A stretch of DNA of 64,000 nt from the NCBI GenBank assembly GCA_032249395.1, contig JAVVFY010000002.1, positions 1 through 64,000 of the forward strand, in the 5' to 3' direction. The stretch is from Candidatus Aenigmatarchaeota archaeon (GTDB lineage Archaea; Aenigmatarchaeota; Aenigmatarchaeia; CG10238-14; SpSt-28). A program made the position numbers and the translations under genes. Shown here piece after piece: positions 35,835 to 43,892 of the stretch; position 1 is the first letter of the stretch; each line of letters starts with the position of its first letter. A model generated the notes under the pieces. The model was not told the DNA's origin. It saw only the letters and a list, made by a program, of their open reading frames with translations, and did no database searches.

Positions 35835-36299
35835 CTAAATCATCCTTCTAAGTAACTCATTAATTTCTTTGCCTCTATAACCCAGATCGCCTTTTGGCCA
35901 ATGTTCCTTTATACTTTTTAAACCTTTAGAAGGCGGTCTTAAGCGAAAGAATGGGTGAAATGCCTCAAACTGCTTTAATATTACCCTACCGGATAATAAA
36001 GCGTCTGCAAACTCCTCAAAACTGTTAAATCCTGTTATTTTTCTCAAATCTTCCTCACTCACTTTCTTGTTCCCTTCTCCTTTCATCCTCAATCTCTTTC
36101 TGAGCAATTGTATTAGTGTATCTCTATCTATTTCTCCATAAGTGATGAAATCTTTTACCTTTTCAAGCATTCCCCTTATAGAATCTGTTTCTGGTAAAAT
36201 ATTACAGAAATATAGCCTTTTCAATCTCAAGAGCTTCAACGTATCTTCTATTTTTCTTGGAACTCCAACAACTCCTCTAATTCTTATAACTGCATACAT
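35835..36299 (-). CDS. rpl30: ribosomal protein uL30
   Basis: AVIRIRG, TL.LLRL, FRL.PP..G, LGYRG. Confidence 0.95.
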   Translation of the reverse strand: MYAVIRIRGVVGVPRKIEDTLKLLRLKRLYFCNILPETDSIRGMLEKVKDFITYGEIDRDTLIQLLRKRLRMKGEGNKKVSEEDLRKITGFNSFEEFADALLSGRVILKQFEAFHPFFRLRPPSKGLKSIKEHWPKGDLGYRGKEINELLRRMI

Positions 36300-36305
36300 T
36301 AGCTA

Positions 36306-37007
36306 TCACCTTTGGTATATGTACAAATTTTTAAAAGCTTTGTAAATTGCGGTTATTAAATTTATATGAGTACTAGTTTTTCCAAAAGTTTTTACCCAGA
36401 TATCTTTAATTCCAGCCAATCTTAAAATTTTCTTGCTCTCGTCGTCGGCAACTAGCCCAACACCTTTTGGAGCTGGCATTAAAACTACTTTCACGCTTCC
36501 GCATTTGCCCTCAGTCTTAAATGGTATTGAATGTGGCGTTTCACAACCACATTCCCAACTACCACAACCTCTCAAAACTTTTATTATGTTCATTTTTGCT
36601 CTTCTTCTAGCTTTTTCGACAGCCCTTCTTGCATCCACAGAAACTCCTTTACCAATACCAACATATCCGTCTTCATTTCCGACAACAATAAATGCAGACA
36701 TTCTAAATCTTCTTCCAGATTTAGTAACCCTTGCAGTGATTCTAATTGGAATTCTCTGTGCTCCACCTCCCTTTCCTGTTCTTTTTCCAATAAGTATAAA
36801 CTCTTCTTTTAATCCGGGTAAAAGATAATCAACAATCTCTGGTTCTAATATTCTTTTTCCACTTTCCAAAATCTCATCAATACTCTTTATTTTACCTGCT
36901 AAAACGTCTCTGCCAAGCTGAGTTTTGGGTTTCCAGGCCTTTTCCACCCTAGATAAGCTACCTTCTTCCGAAATTTCAGCTTCTCCTTTTTCACTATTTT
37001 CCCCCAC
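36306..37007 (-). CDS. rps5: ribosomal protein uS5
   Basis: W.PKT.LG, RGCGSWECGC, PAPKG.GL. Confidence 0.96.
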   Translation of the reverse strand: MGENSEKGEAEISEEGSLSRVEKAWKPKTQLGRDVLAGKIKSIDEILESGKRILEPEIVDYLLPGLKEEFILIGKRTGKGGGAQRIPIRITARVTKSGRRFRMSAFIVVGNEDGYVGIGKGVSVDARRAVEKARRRAKMNIIKVLRGCGSWECGCETPHSIPFKTEGKCGSVKVVLMPAPKGVGLVADDESKKILRLAGIKDIWVKTFGKTSTHINLITAIYKAFKNLYIYQR

Positions 37008-37512
37008 TAAACATCACCTCAATATTCCTTTTTACTTCTTCAAAATTTTTAGCTACTTCCTCGCTTATATGCAAACCTTTTATTCTATCTTCAGTAGGAA
37101 ACATTTCCTCACTACAAGGAACATTTAAACCTGCATCTATTGCTCCCTTGGCAAAAGCATACATCCTTCCTCCTTTAGTAGATGTGTAAAGACCAATATC
37201 TAAAACTGCTTCCTTAACTCCTTTTGATAAAGCCATTTTGCCCAATAAATATCCAGTTAAATAACTTGCTGGCGTATTATCACAAGCAAATTTCCATCCG
37301 TATTTTTTCAAAATTTTTGAGGTTATTCCAACTAGCGTCACATCTCCTTTTTTATCAAAATTGATAATTTGGCCAATTATATACTTTAAAGTCTTCCTAT
37401 AGACAAGCCTCGGTTTTTCGGATAAAAGCAACTTTAATCTTTTCTTATAGTTTGTTTTGCCTTCTCTTCTTCTTCTAAAATGAATTCTGTATGTTGGTGA
37501 TATCTTTGGCAT
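36994..37512 (-). CDS. rpl18: ribosomal protein uL18
   Basis: RRRREGKTNY..RL, N.PA.YLTG. Confidence 0.96.
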   Translation of the reverse strand: MPKISPTYRIHFRRRREGKTNYKKRLKLLLSEKPRLVYRKTLKYIIGQIINFDKKGDVTLVGITSKILKKYGWKFACDNTPASYLTGYLLGKMALSKGVKEAVLDIGLYTSTKGGRMYAFAKGAIDAGLNVPCSEEMFPTEDRIKGLHISEEVAKNFEEVKRNIEVMFSGGK

Positions 37513-37944
37513 TTACTCACCCTTTATAAGTTTATGCTGCTCTAAGTATAGCTTCATATGTGCTCTACTCTTAAACATTCCACCTTTTATCCATTTTCTG
37601 ACAAGCTTATAAGTTTTGTTGTCAATCTTACCTTTTTCCTTAAGTTCTCTTGCAAATTCTCTCAAACTTCTAACAAGATTTATCCATCTTCTTTTTCTAG
37701 GAACAATAGAATATTTCTTACCTTTTTTGCTTCCTTCATATCTTCTCTTTTTCTTCTTCTCCTTCGGCTTCTTAAGTTTCTCCTTCCTGGCCTTTATATA
37801 ACCTCTCTCTATAAGCCTTCTTATATCAGCTTTAGTAACGGCTTTCTCAATCTCATCAATTTTAGTAGGATCGAACCAAATTTTACTTTCTCCAACCTTC
37901 AATATCTCTGCTGCAAGCCTTCTTTGTGTCTTCATTTCGATCAC
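37513..37944 (-). CDS. rpl19e: ribosomal protein eL19
   Basis: QRRLAA.ILKVG...IW.DP, GS.KG. Confidence 0.96.
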   Translation of the reverse strand: MIEMKTQRRLAAEILKVGESKIWFDPTKIDEIEKAVTKADIRRLIERGYIKARKEKLKKPKEKKKKRRYEGSKKGKKYSIVPRKRRWINLVRSLREFARELKEKGKIDNKTYKLVRKWIKGGMFKSRAHMKLYLEQHKLIKGE

Positions 37945-38282
37945 TCATTCAAGATTTTTATTTTTAGTTCTTTTGCCTTTTTAACTATTTCCTCTCTTTT
38001 TTTCTTACCAACTGTAGCTGCTATTCTTATTGCTTCTTTTGAAGGATCTATTCTCTCTAAATCTTTCAGATTTCTAACAAGAACCTCTTTAAAACCAGAT
38101 GGATGTAAACCTCTAACTTCTTTTGGCTGTCTATAACCAATGTCTGGCATTTTAGGTTTGCTTTTCTCTTTCTGTCTAACTTTGCTATGCAATCCTCTAG
38201 GCCTTCTCCAACTTTCTTTTATCCTTTTTATAGTTCCGGCCAAAGGTCTTCTAAATTCTGGAATTTTTCTTTTTTTAATCAT
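37941..38282 (-). CDS. rpl32e: ribosomal protein eL32
   Basis: WRRPRG.HSK.R, GY..P..VRGLHPSG. Confidence 0.96.
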   Translation of the reverse strand: MIKKRKIPEFRRPLAGTIKRIKESWRRPRGLHSKVRQKEKSKPKMPDIGYRQPKEVRGLHPSGFKEVLVRNLKDLERIDPSKEAIRIAATVGKKKREEIVKKAKELKIKILNE

Positions 38283-38715
38283 ATTTACCACTCCAGTATG
38301 TTCCTCCTTTCTTCTTCCACTTCAAATAATCTTGAAGTATTTTCGCATGATCAAAAGCAAAATCAATACTTTTAGCGTCTTTAATATTAATCCACATTGC
38401 TTCAGTTTCAAAAGAATTTTTAGTTTTTGTTGTTTTTGGTCTGCAAATAAATACTACGCTAATAGTATGACCTCTTGGGTCTCTATCTTTTTTTGAATAA
38501 ACGCCAAGAATCTCTTTTGGTTCTACCTTAATACCTGTTTCCTCGAAAGTCTCTCTAACAACACAATCTTCTATAGATTCTCCATATTTCAAATGCCCTC
38601 CTGGAAAAGCAAACTTGCCTATAAATGGGGGAATTCTCCTTTTAACTAGTAAAATCTTTCCCTTTCTCTCAGCTATACAATCCGCTGTAATTCTTGTATA
38701 AGGAAATAACATCAC
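38275..38715 (-). CDS. NUDIX hydrolase
   Basis: PGG....GES...C..RE..EETG, RDPRGH, AFDH. Confidence 0.93.
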   Translation of the reverse strand: MMLFPYTRITADCIAERKGKILLVKRRIPPFIGKFAFPGGHLKYGESIEDCVVRETFEETGIKVEPKEILGVYSKKDRDPRGHTISVVFICRPKTTKTKNSFETEAMWINIKDAKSIDFAFDHAKILQDYLKWKKKGGTYWSGKYD

Positions 38716-39242
38716 TCTTCACCTTTACTAACTATAAATATACCATCTTGGAACACTCTCCTATCTTTGCCAACAATTCTTGTTGCTTGTTCTATATTAC
38801 CAGCGGTTTGACCTACAGCATCAATATCAATACCAGAAACTAATATTTCTTGTCCTTTTATTTCAACTTTTGTGTTTCCTATAATTTTTGCCTCTCTGGG
38901 CTTTCTTTCTCCCAAGAAATTTTGAATTATAACTCTATCTCCTTCAACTTTAACGGTTATTGGAAAGTGTGAATAGATTATCTTTAGCTTATACACATAA
39001 CCTTTTGTAACACCCTCAATCATATTTCTTATGTGAGCAGCAATAGTTCCAGCTATGGCTTTTATTTTTCTTCTCTCATTCTCAGTATAAACTCTAACCT
39101 TTCCTTCAACAAGCTCAACTTTGACGTCTTTAGGTATTATGAAGCTCTTTTCTAATTCTCCCTTTGGTCCAACAACCTTAACACTATTTCCTCTAATTTC
39201 AACCTTTACTTCTTGTGGCACTTTAACTTCTTTAACAAACAT
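38712..39242 (-). CDS. rpl6: ribosomal protein uL6
   Basis: GPKG, YSHFP, NFLGE, D.RVFQDGI. Confidence 0.96.
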   Translation of the reverse strand: MFVKEVKVPQEVKVEIRGNSVKVVGPKGELEKSFIIPKDVKVELVEGKVRVYTENERRKIKAIAGTIAAHIRNMIEGVTKGYVYKLKIIYSHFPITVKVEGDRVIIQNFLGERKPREAKIIGNTKVEIKGQEILVSGIDIDAVGQTAGNIEQATRIVGKDRRVFQDGIFIVSKGEE

Positions 39243-39250
39243 ATAAATCA

Positions 39251-39637
39251 CTAATAACAATATGCTAAAAGTTTTCCTCCTAAATGCAGACTTTTAGCAG
39301 TCTTATGATCCATAACGCCCTTACTAGTTGTTAAAATTAAAATTCCAACATCTCTAGCGGGTAAAAATCTTTTTTCCCATTTTTCAAATTCATCAACTCT
39401 AACACTAAATCTTGGTTTAATAACGTTTGTATCTATAATCTTTCCTTTTAACTCAATTTTAAATATTCCAGATTTTCCGTCGTGTATCAACTCGTAAGCC
39501 CCTATGTAATCGTGTTGCTGCAGTACTTTCAAAACCCTTTCTATCAATTTACTCGCTTTTACAAAGCATTCCTTCTTTCCAATCCTATCAGCATTCTTTA
39601 TTGCGCTCAATGCGTCAGCAAGCAAATCGTGCCTCAT
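39251..39637 (-). CDS. rps8: ribosomal protein uS8
   Basis: D.LADAL..I.NA, IKPRF, TT..G.M.H..A.....GG.LLAY. Confidence 0.96.
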   Translation of the reverse strand: MRHDLLADALSAIKNADRIGKKECFVKASKLIERVLKVLQQHDYIGAYELIHDGKSGIFKIELKGKIIDTNVIKPRFSVRVDEFEKWEKRFLPARDVGILILTTSKGVMDHKTAKSLHLGGKLLAYCY

Positions 39638-39677
39638 AACTAAACATTTTGGTTTAAAAGTTTAAAACTATTATCCT

Positions 39678-39750
39678 TGCGCCAGCCGGGATTTGAACCC
39701 GGGCTCCGAGCTTGGAAGGCTCGTGTCCTACCAGGCTAGACGACTGGCGC
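39678..39750 (-). tRNA. tRNA-Gly(TCC)
   Basis: CGAGC-CT TCC AA-GCTCG arm, GCGCCAG/CTGGCGC acceptor. Confidence 0.96.
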
Positions 39751-39926
39751 ATTATTATTGTTATTTTTTACAATCTAAAAAGATTTATGGAAAGAGAAAG
39801 ATTTATAAAGAAAAAGATTGAAGAATTGAAAGAAAAATTGCCAGGTATTGATGAAAAATCTCTAGAAAAAGATCTAATTCCATTAGAAGGAAACGAAATT
39901 GGGATAAAAATAAAAAAGAAAAAGAT

Positions 39927-40415
39927 TTAGAATTTATATCCAATTTTCCTCAAAAATTCTTTTCTTTCTTGAATTTCTTTTTCTCCTTCTATTCCCTTTG
40001 ATTTGAAACCATCAATCACTCCAAGAATTCCCCTTCCTTGCTCAGTTTCTGCGACTATAACTTGAACTGGGTTTCCAGTCGCACAGTAAATATTCGCCAC
40101 CTCTGGAACCTCTTTTAATCTAGGAACTACGTTTATAGGATAGGCATTTCTCATGAAAATTAAGAAAGTATGACCTGCCGCTATTTCAAAAAGTTTTTCT
40201 GTTGCTAATTTCTCTAATTCCTCATCATTTCCACTATGTCTTATTAAACAAGGTCCGGAAGCTTCTGCAAAGGCTAAGCCAAACTTAATATTTGGAACAC
40301 AATTCACTAGACACTCATGAATATCTTCTACCGTCTTTATGAATCCTGCGTGTCCTATTATAACTTGTGTATCCTTTGGAACATCAATATTAATAACTTT
40401 TATTTCGACTTCCAT
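39927..40415 (-). CDS. adenosine-specific kinase (DUF355)
   Basis: HAGFIKTVED, FAEASG, AAGH.F, ATGNP.QV, GRG..GV.DG. Confidence 0.9.
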   Translation of the reverse strand: MEVEIKVINIDVPKDTQVIIGHAGFIKTVEDIHECLVNCVPNIKFGLAFAEASGPCLIRHSGNDEELEKLATEKLFEIAAGHTFLIFMRNAYPINVVPRLKEVPEVANIYCATGNPVQVIVAETEQGRGILGVIDGFKSKGIEGEKEIQERKEFLRKIGYKF

Positions 40416-40465
40416 ATTTTTCGTAAAAGTTACAAGATTTAAAATTTTTTAAAAGACCACTAGTT

Positions 40466-41632
40466 TTATCCACTAATCATTGATTCAAAAAACTTTTGGA
40501 AATCTTTATCCTTTTCCAAAACTTTAAAGTAAGGTAAAAATTCGGTTCTTATTTTTTTGGTGGAACAATTTAGAAGTTTTGAAAGCTTCTTCAATTTTTC
40601 TTTTTCCTGTTCTCTTTCTTCTTTGCTAGAAGCCAAATATCTTAGTTTTGCTGGAAATTGATATTTTGTAAATTTTCTGTACATCTCATCCTTTGCTAAA
40701 GAAACTCCAGCTGTCATTAAGTCATTCATATACCTCATGAGCTTCCAATAGTTTCTGCTCATTATTCTAGCTCTAAACAAATCGGCTTTTGCTAAAGCTT
40801 CATAAGCTCTTGCAATCTCTTCTGGCTTTTCATATTCATTTGGAATATTCTCTTCTATCCACCACATTATAATTTCTGGTTCTAAATCAACATTGGCAAT
40901 ACTTAATTTAGCTCCAATTAAAGAAGTTGTTTTAAACAAAATTTTCAGTGCTTCAAACATATCTCTTTCTCTTTCTCTATAGCCGAGAACCTCTAAATCT
41001 TTCAAAGTTATTTTCTTTTTTCCTCTTGCGATAGTTTCTAAATCATTTATAGCTGCTCTCAAATCTCCCTCGCTCCTCTTCGCCAATTGGTTTAAAACTT
41101 CTTTGTCGTACTCTATGCCTTCTTTTTCACAAATTTCCTTTAGCTTTTTCTCAATATCCCAAACTGGTATATCTCCAAATGGAATTAACTCACAATACTC
41201 TCTCAATACTCTTAATTTCGGATCATACGGATCGTTTGCAGTTAAAACAACAGGATGTTTACTTTTTTTAATTATTTCAATAATTGCTTGAATTCCTCCA
41301 GCATCTTCTTTTCCGGAGATTCCATCAACCTCATCTATCAAAAATATTCTTCCTTTTTTGAAAAAACTAGCAACTGCAGAAGCATGACCAAAAACCTCTT
41401 CTATTTGTTTCTTACTTCTAACATCACTGGCATTCATTTGAATTAACTCTAAATTTTTATCATTAGCAAAAGCTTCAACCAGACAAGTTTTTCCTGTACC
41501 TGGCTTACCATATAGCAATGCTGCATTGGAACCGGGTTTCCAATTTCTGTACCATTCTAAAAATTTTGCCAAAGCTTCTTTTTGGTCTACAAAATCCTTC
41601 AAACTTTTTGGTCTATATTTTATCGTAAACAT
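40466..41632 (-). CDS. rfcL: replication factor C large subunit
   Basis: KYRPK, G.PG.GKT, NASD.R, DEVD, GDLRAAINDL. Confidence 0.95.
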   Translation of the reverse strand: MFTIKYRPKSLKDFVDQKEALAKFLEWYRNWKPGSNAALLYGKPGTGKTCLVEAFANDKNLELIQMNASDVRSKKQIEEVFGHASAVASFFKKGRIFLIDEVDGISGKEDAGGIQAIIEIIKKSKHPVVLTANDPYDPKLRVLREYCELIPFGDIPVWDIEKKLKEICEKEGIEYDKEVLNQLAKRSEGDLRAAINDLETIARGKKKITLKDLEVLGYRERERDMFEALKILFKTTSLIGAKLSIANVDLEPEIIMWWIEENIPNEYEKPEEIARAYEALAKADLFRARIMSRNYWKLMRYMNDLMTAGVSLAKDEMYRKFTKYQFPAKLRYLASSKEEREQEKEKLKKLSKLLNCSTKKIRTEFLPYFKVLEKDKDFQKFFESMISG

Positions 41633-41634
41633 AC

Positions 41635-43860
41635 TTACTTCTTTCCTTTAGATTGAGCATGCAACCAAAAGCTTGCTAGTAGACTTTCTAATTGTATTAA
41701 CTCATTTGCACCCTCTGAAATTCTAAAATCAACTTCTCCACATTTTTCTATTAACTCAACTTTTGCTCTATCATCTATATTCAAAGAAGGAATTTGTCTG
41801 TGAATTTCTGCAATTATATCACTTCCAGCTAAACCCTTCTTGATAATCATTTCTCCTAGCATCTTTCTAGCTTCTATGAATTTTCCATTCAAAGCTAAAT
41901 CAAGCATTTGCCTAACTTCTTGCGGCTTTGCTAAAGAAGCTGCCTCATAAATAGTATCTTCAGTTATTTTTTCTCCTAGAGCAGAAGCTATTTGCAATAT
42001 ATTAGCTGTTCTCCTTAAATCTCCTTCAACAATTCTAACAACAGCCCTTATTCCATCTTCTGTTATTTTTAATTTTTCCCCTTCGACAATTCTTCTAACA
42101 TACTCTTCAACGTGCTCATCGTCTAAAGCTTTAAATCTAAAAACGGCACATCTCGATTGAATTGGTTCAATAATTTTGCTAGAATAATTACAAATCAATA
42201 TAAATCTTGAAATGCTTGCATACATTTCCATCATTCTTCTTAAAGCTTGTTGAGCGTCACTTGTCATTGCATCGGCTTCATCTAAAATTATTAATTTAAA
42301 CGGAACGTCTCCTATAGCAACAGTCCTAGCAAATTCTTTCACCTGACCTCTTATAACATCTATACCTCTTTCATCTGAGTTGTGTAAAAGAACTGGGACA
42401 TTACCAGCAAAAAACATCTCATTACCTGGAACACTAACATCATAAACGAACCCCTCATAGTCTATAATTTCCAATTTCTTGACTTTCAGTACATGTATAT
42501 CTGAAGAAACGAGCTTTTCCAAAAATTCTACAGTGAACTTCTCTTTTTCATCTAATTTTTCCCTATCAACCATCTCTAAAATCTCTTTTAGAATGTTTTT
42601 CGAAACCCTTCTCTTCTTTTCATAAAGTTGATGTCTCAATTTATATCTCCAATTTCCTTTTATTTTCCTTTCAATATCCGTTAAAAGCTTTACTACAATT
42701 TCGGCTGGCAACAATTCGCTTTTCTTCCATTTCATAGCTCCTTTCCATATCAGTCTTACCTCTCTTTTGAAAATAGATGACTCAATGCCAGAAGTCCTAG
42801 CTAACCAAACAACATCAGTTAACAATTCTCTTGAGACAGAAGATATTCTAACAACTTTATTCCATTCTCCGCAGCCATCTCCATCTGCCAAACCTTTTAG
42901 GTAGTTTATTCTTTCTTTGATTGAAGAATGAAAAACAAACGATGGTACCCTCTTGTTATCTGCAATAAAAGGTTTACCATCATAAAAGTTTTCTTTCATA
43001 AATTTTGCTAAATTAGTGCTTAAAAGTCTAAGGTGAATTGCCGATAGTTTTTTTCTATTAAAACCAGAACCAACTAATCTTTCATAAACACTTATTCCTA
43101 AATCATTTGCAAAATTTTTGATTTCATTTATAAGATTCGTTTCGTGAGCACCAAAGGTATATACTACTTGACCTGACGTGTTTCCTTTAAATCCTACACA
43201 CCCTTCTGCAGTAAACAATCCAAAAGAATAGAAAAGGTTGTCTGCTTTAAAAGTAGTTATGTTTGTTGGCAGATTTGCTTCAAGATTAGAGACAAAACTT
43301 ATAATGTAATCTCCTTCTTTTAACTCACTTGCAGATTTTGGCTTTAAACCATTTTTGTCTAACACCATCACGGAATGGTTTCCAGTAAGTTTTAGTTCGC
43401 CTCCACCCTCAAATCTAATTTTTAATATCTTGTTAACTTTGTGTCTTATTATTTTTGAAACTTTTTCCCATTTTACCTTTAGATTATTATCCACCGTGAG
43501 AACCTCTAAATTGTTAACATCTTTGTAAAATTCGTTTTCCTTAAAATAGATACTATCAAGCTCCTCAAAATTTGTCCTTTTTATTTTTCCGTTAATTTTT
43601 ACTAAGATAGGTGTATCTTTTGAAACTGATGCATTGAGCTGTAATACATTTTGCCTCCATTGTTCGCCATATAATTCTCTAGCTAAAACTAATGCAAGAG
43701 TTGTTTTTCCTGTACCTGGTGGCCCTGCGAAAAGCATGTGCGGTATGTTTTTGCTTTTAGCAAAAGCCTTTACCCTTTCAACAACGTTCTCCTGATTAAT
43801 TATTTCGTCAAATTTTTTTGGTCTATACTTTTCTGCCCAAACCTCAAACTCTTTTGCCAT
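41635..43860 (-). CDS. rfcS: replication factor C small subunit, intein-containing
   Basis: WAEKYRP, GPPGTGKT, LNA|intein|SDERG, DEAD, SRC. Confidence 0.96.
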   Translation of the reverse strand: MAKEFEVWAEKYRPKKFDEIINQENVVERVKAFAKSKNIPHMLFAGPPGTGKTTLALVLARELYGEQWRQNVLQLNASVSKDTPILVKINGKIKRTNFEELDSIYFKENEFYKDVNNLEVLTVDNNLKVKWEKVSKIIRHKVNKILKIRFEGGGELKLTGNHSVMVLDKNGLKPKSASELKEGDYIISFVSNLEANLPTNITTFKADNLFYSFGLFTAEGCVGFKGNTSGQVVYTFGAHETNLINEIKNFANDLGISVYERLVGSGFNRKKLSAIHLRLLSTNLAKFMKENFYDGKPFIADNKRVPSFVFHSSIKERINYLKGLADGDGCGEWNKVVRISSVSRELLTDVVWLARTSGIESSIFKREVRLIWKGAMKWKKSELLPAEIVVKLLTDIERKIKGNWRYKLRHQLYEKKRRVSKNILKEILEMVDREKLDEKEKFTVEFLEKLVSSDIHVLKVKKLEIIDYEGFVYDVSVPGNEMFFAGNVPVLLHNSDERGIDVIRGQVKEFARTVAIGDVPFKLIILDEADAMTSDAQQALRRMMEMYASISRFILICNYSSKIIEPIQSRCAVFRFKALDDEHVEEYVRRIVEGEKLKITEDGIRAVVRIVEGDLRRTANILQIASALGEKITEDTIYEAASLAKPQEVRQMLDLALNGKFIEARKMLGEMIIKKGLAGSDIIAEIHRQIPSLNIDDRAKVELIEKCGEVDFRISEGANELIQLESLLASFWLHAQSKGKK
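42379..43629 (-). mobile_element. intein with LAGLIDADG endonuclease (417 aa) in RFC-S
   Basis: starts SVSKDTP, ends LLHN|S; FGLFTAEG and YLKGLADGDG motifs. Confidence 0.93.
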
Positions 43861-43892
43861 AATTCTTTATTTCTTTTTCTTCATTAAAAACT

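Noticed and set aside
39712..39930. 72-aa ORF
   Set aside because: Its 5' part overlaps tRNA-Gly; only a 47-aa ORF from 39787 is possible and it is unsupported.
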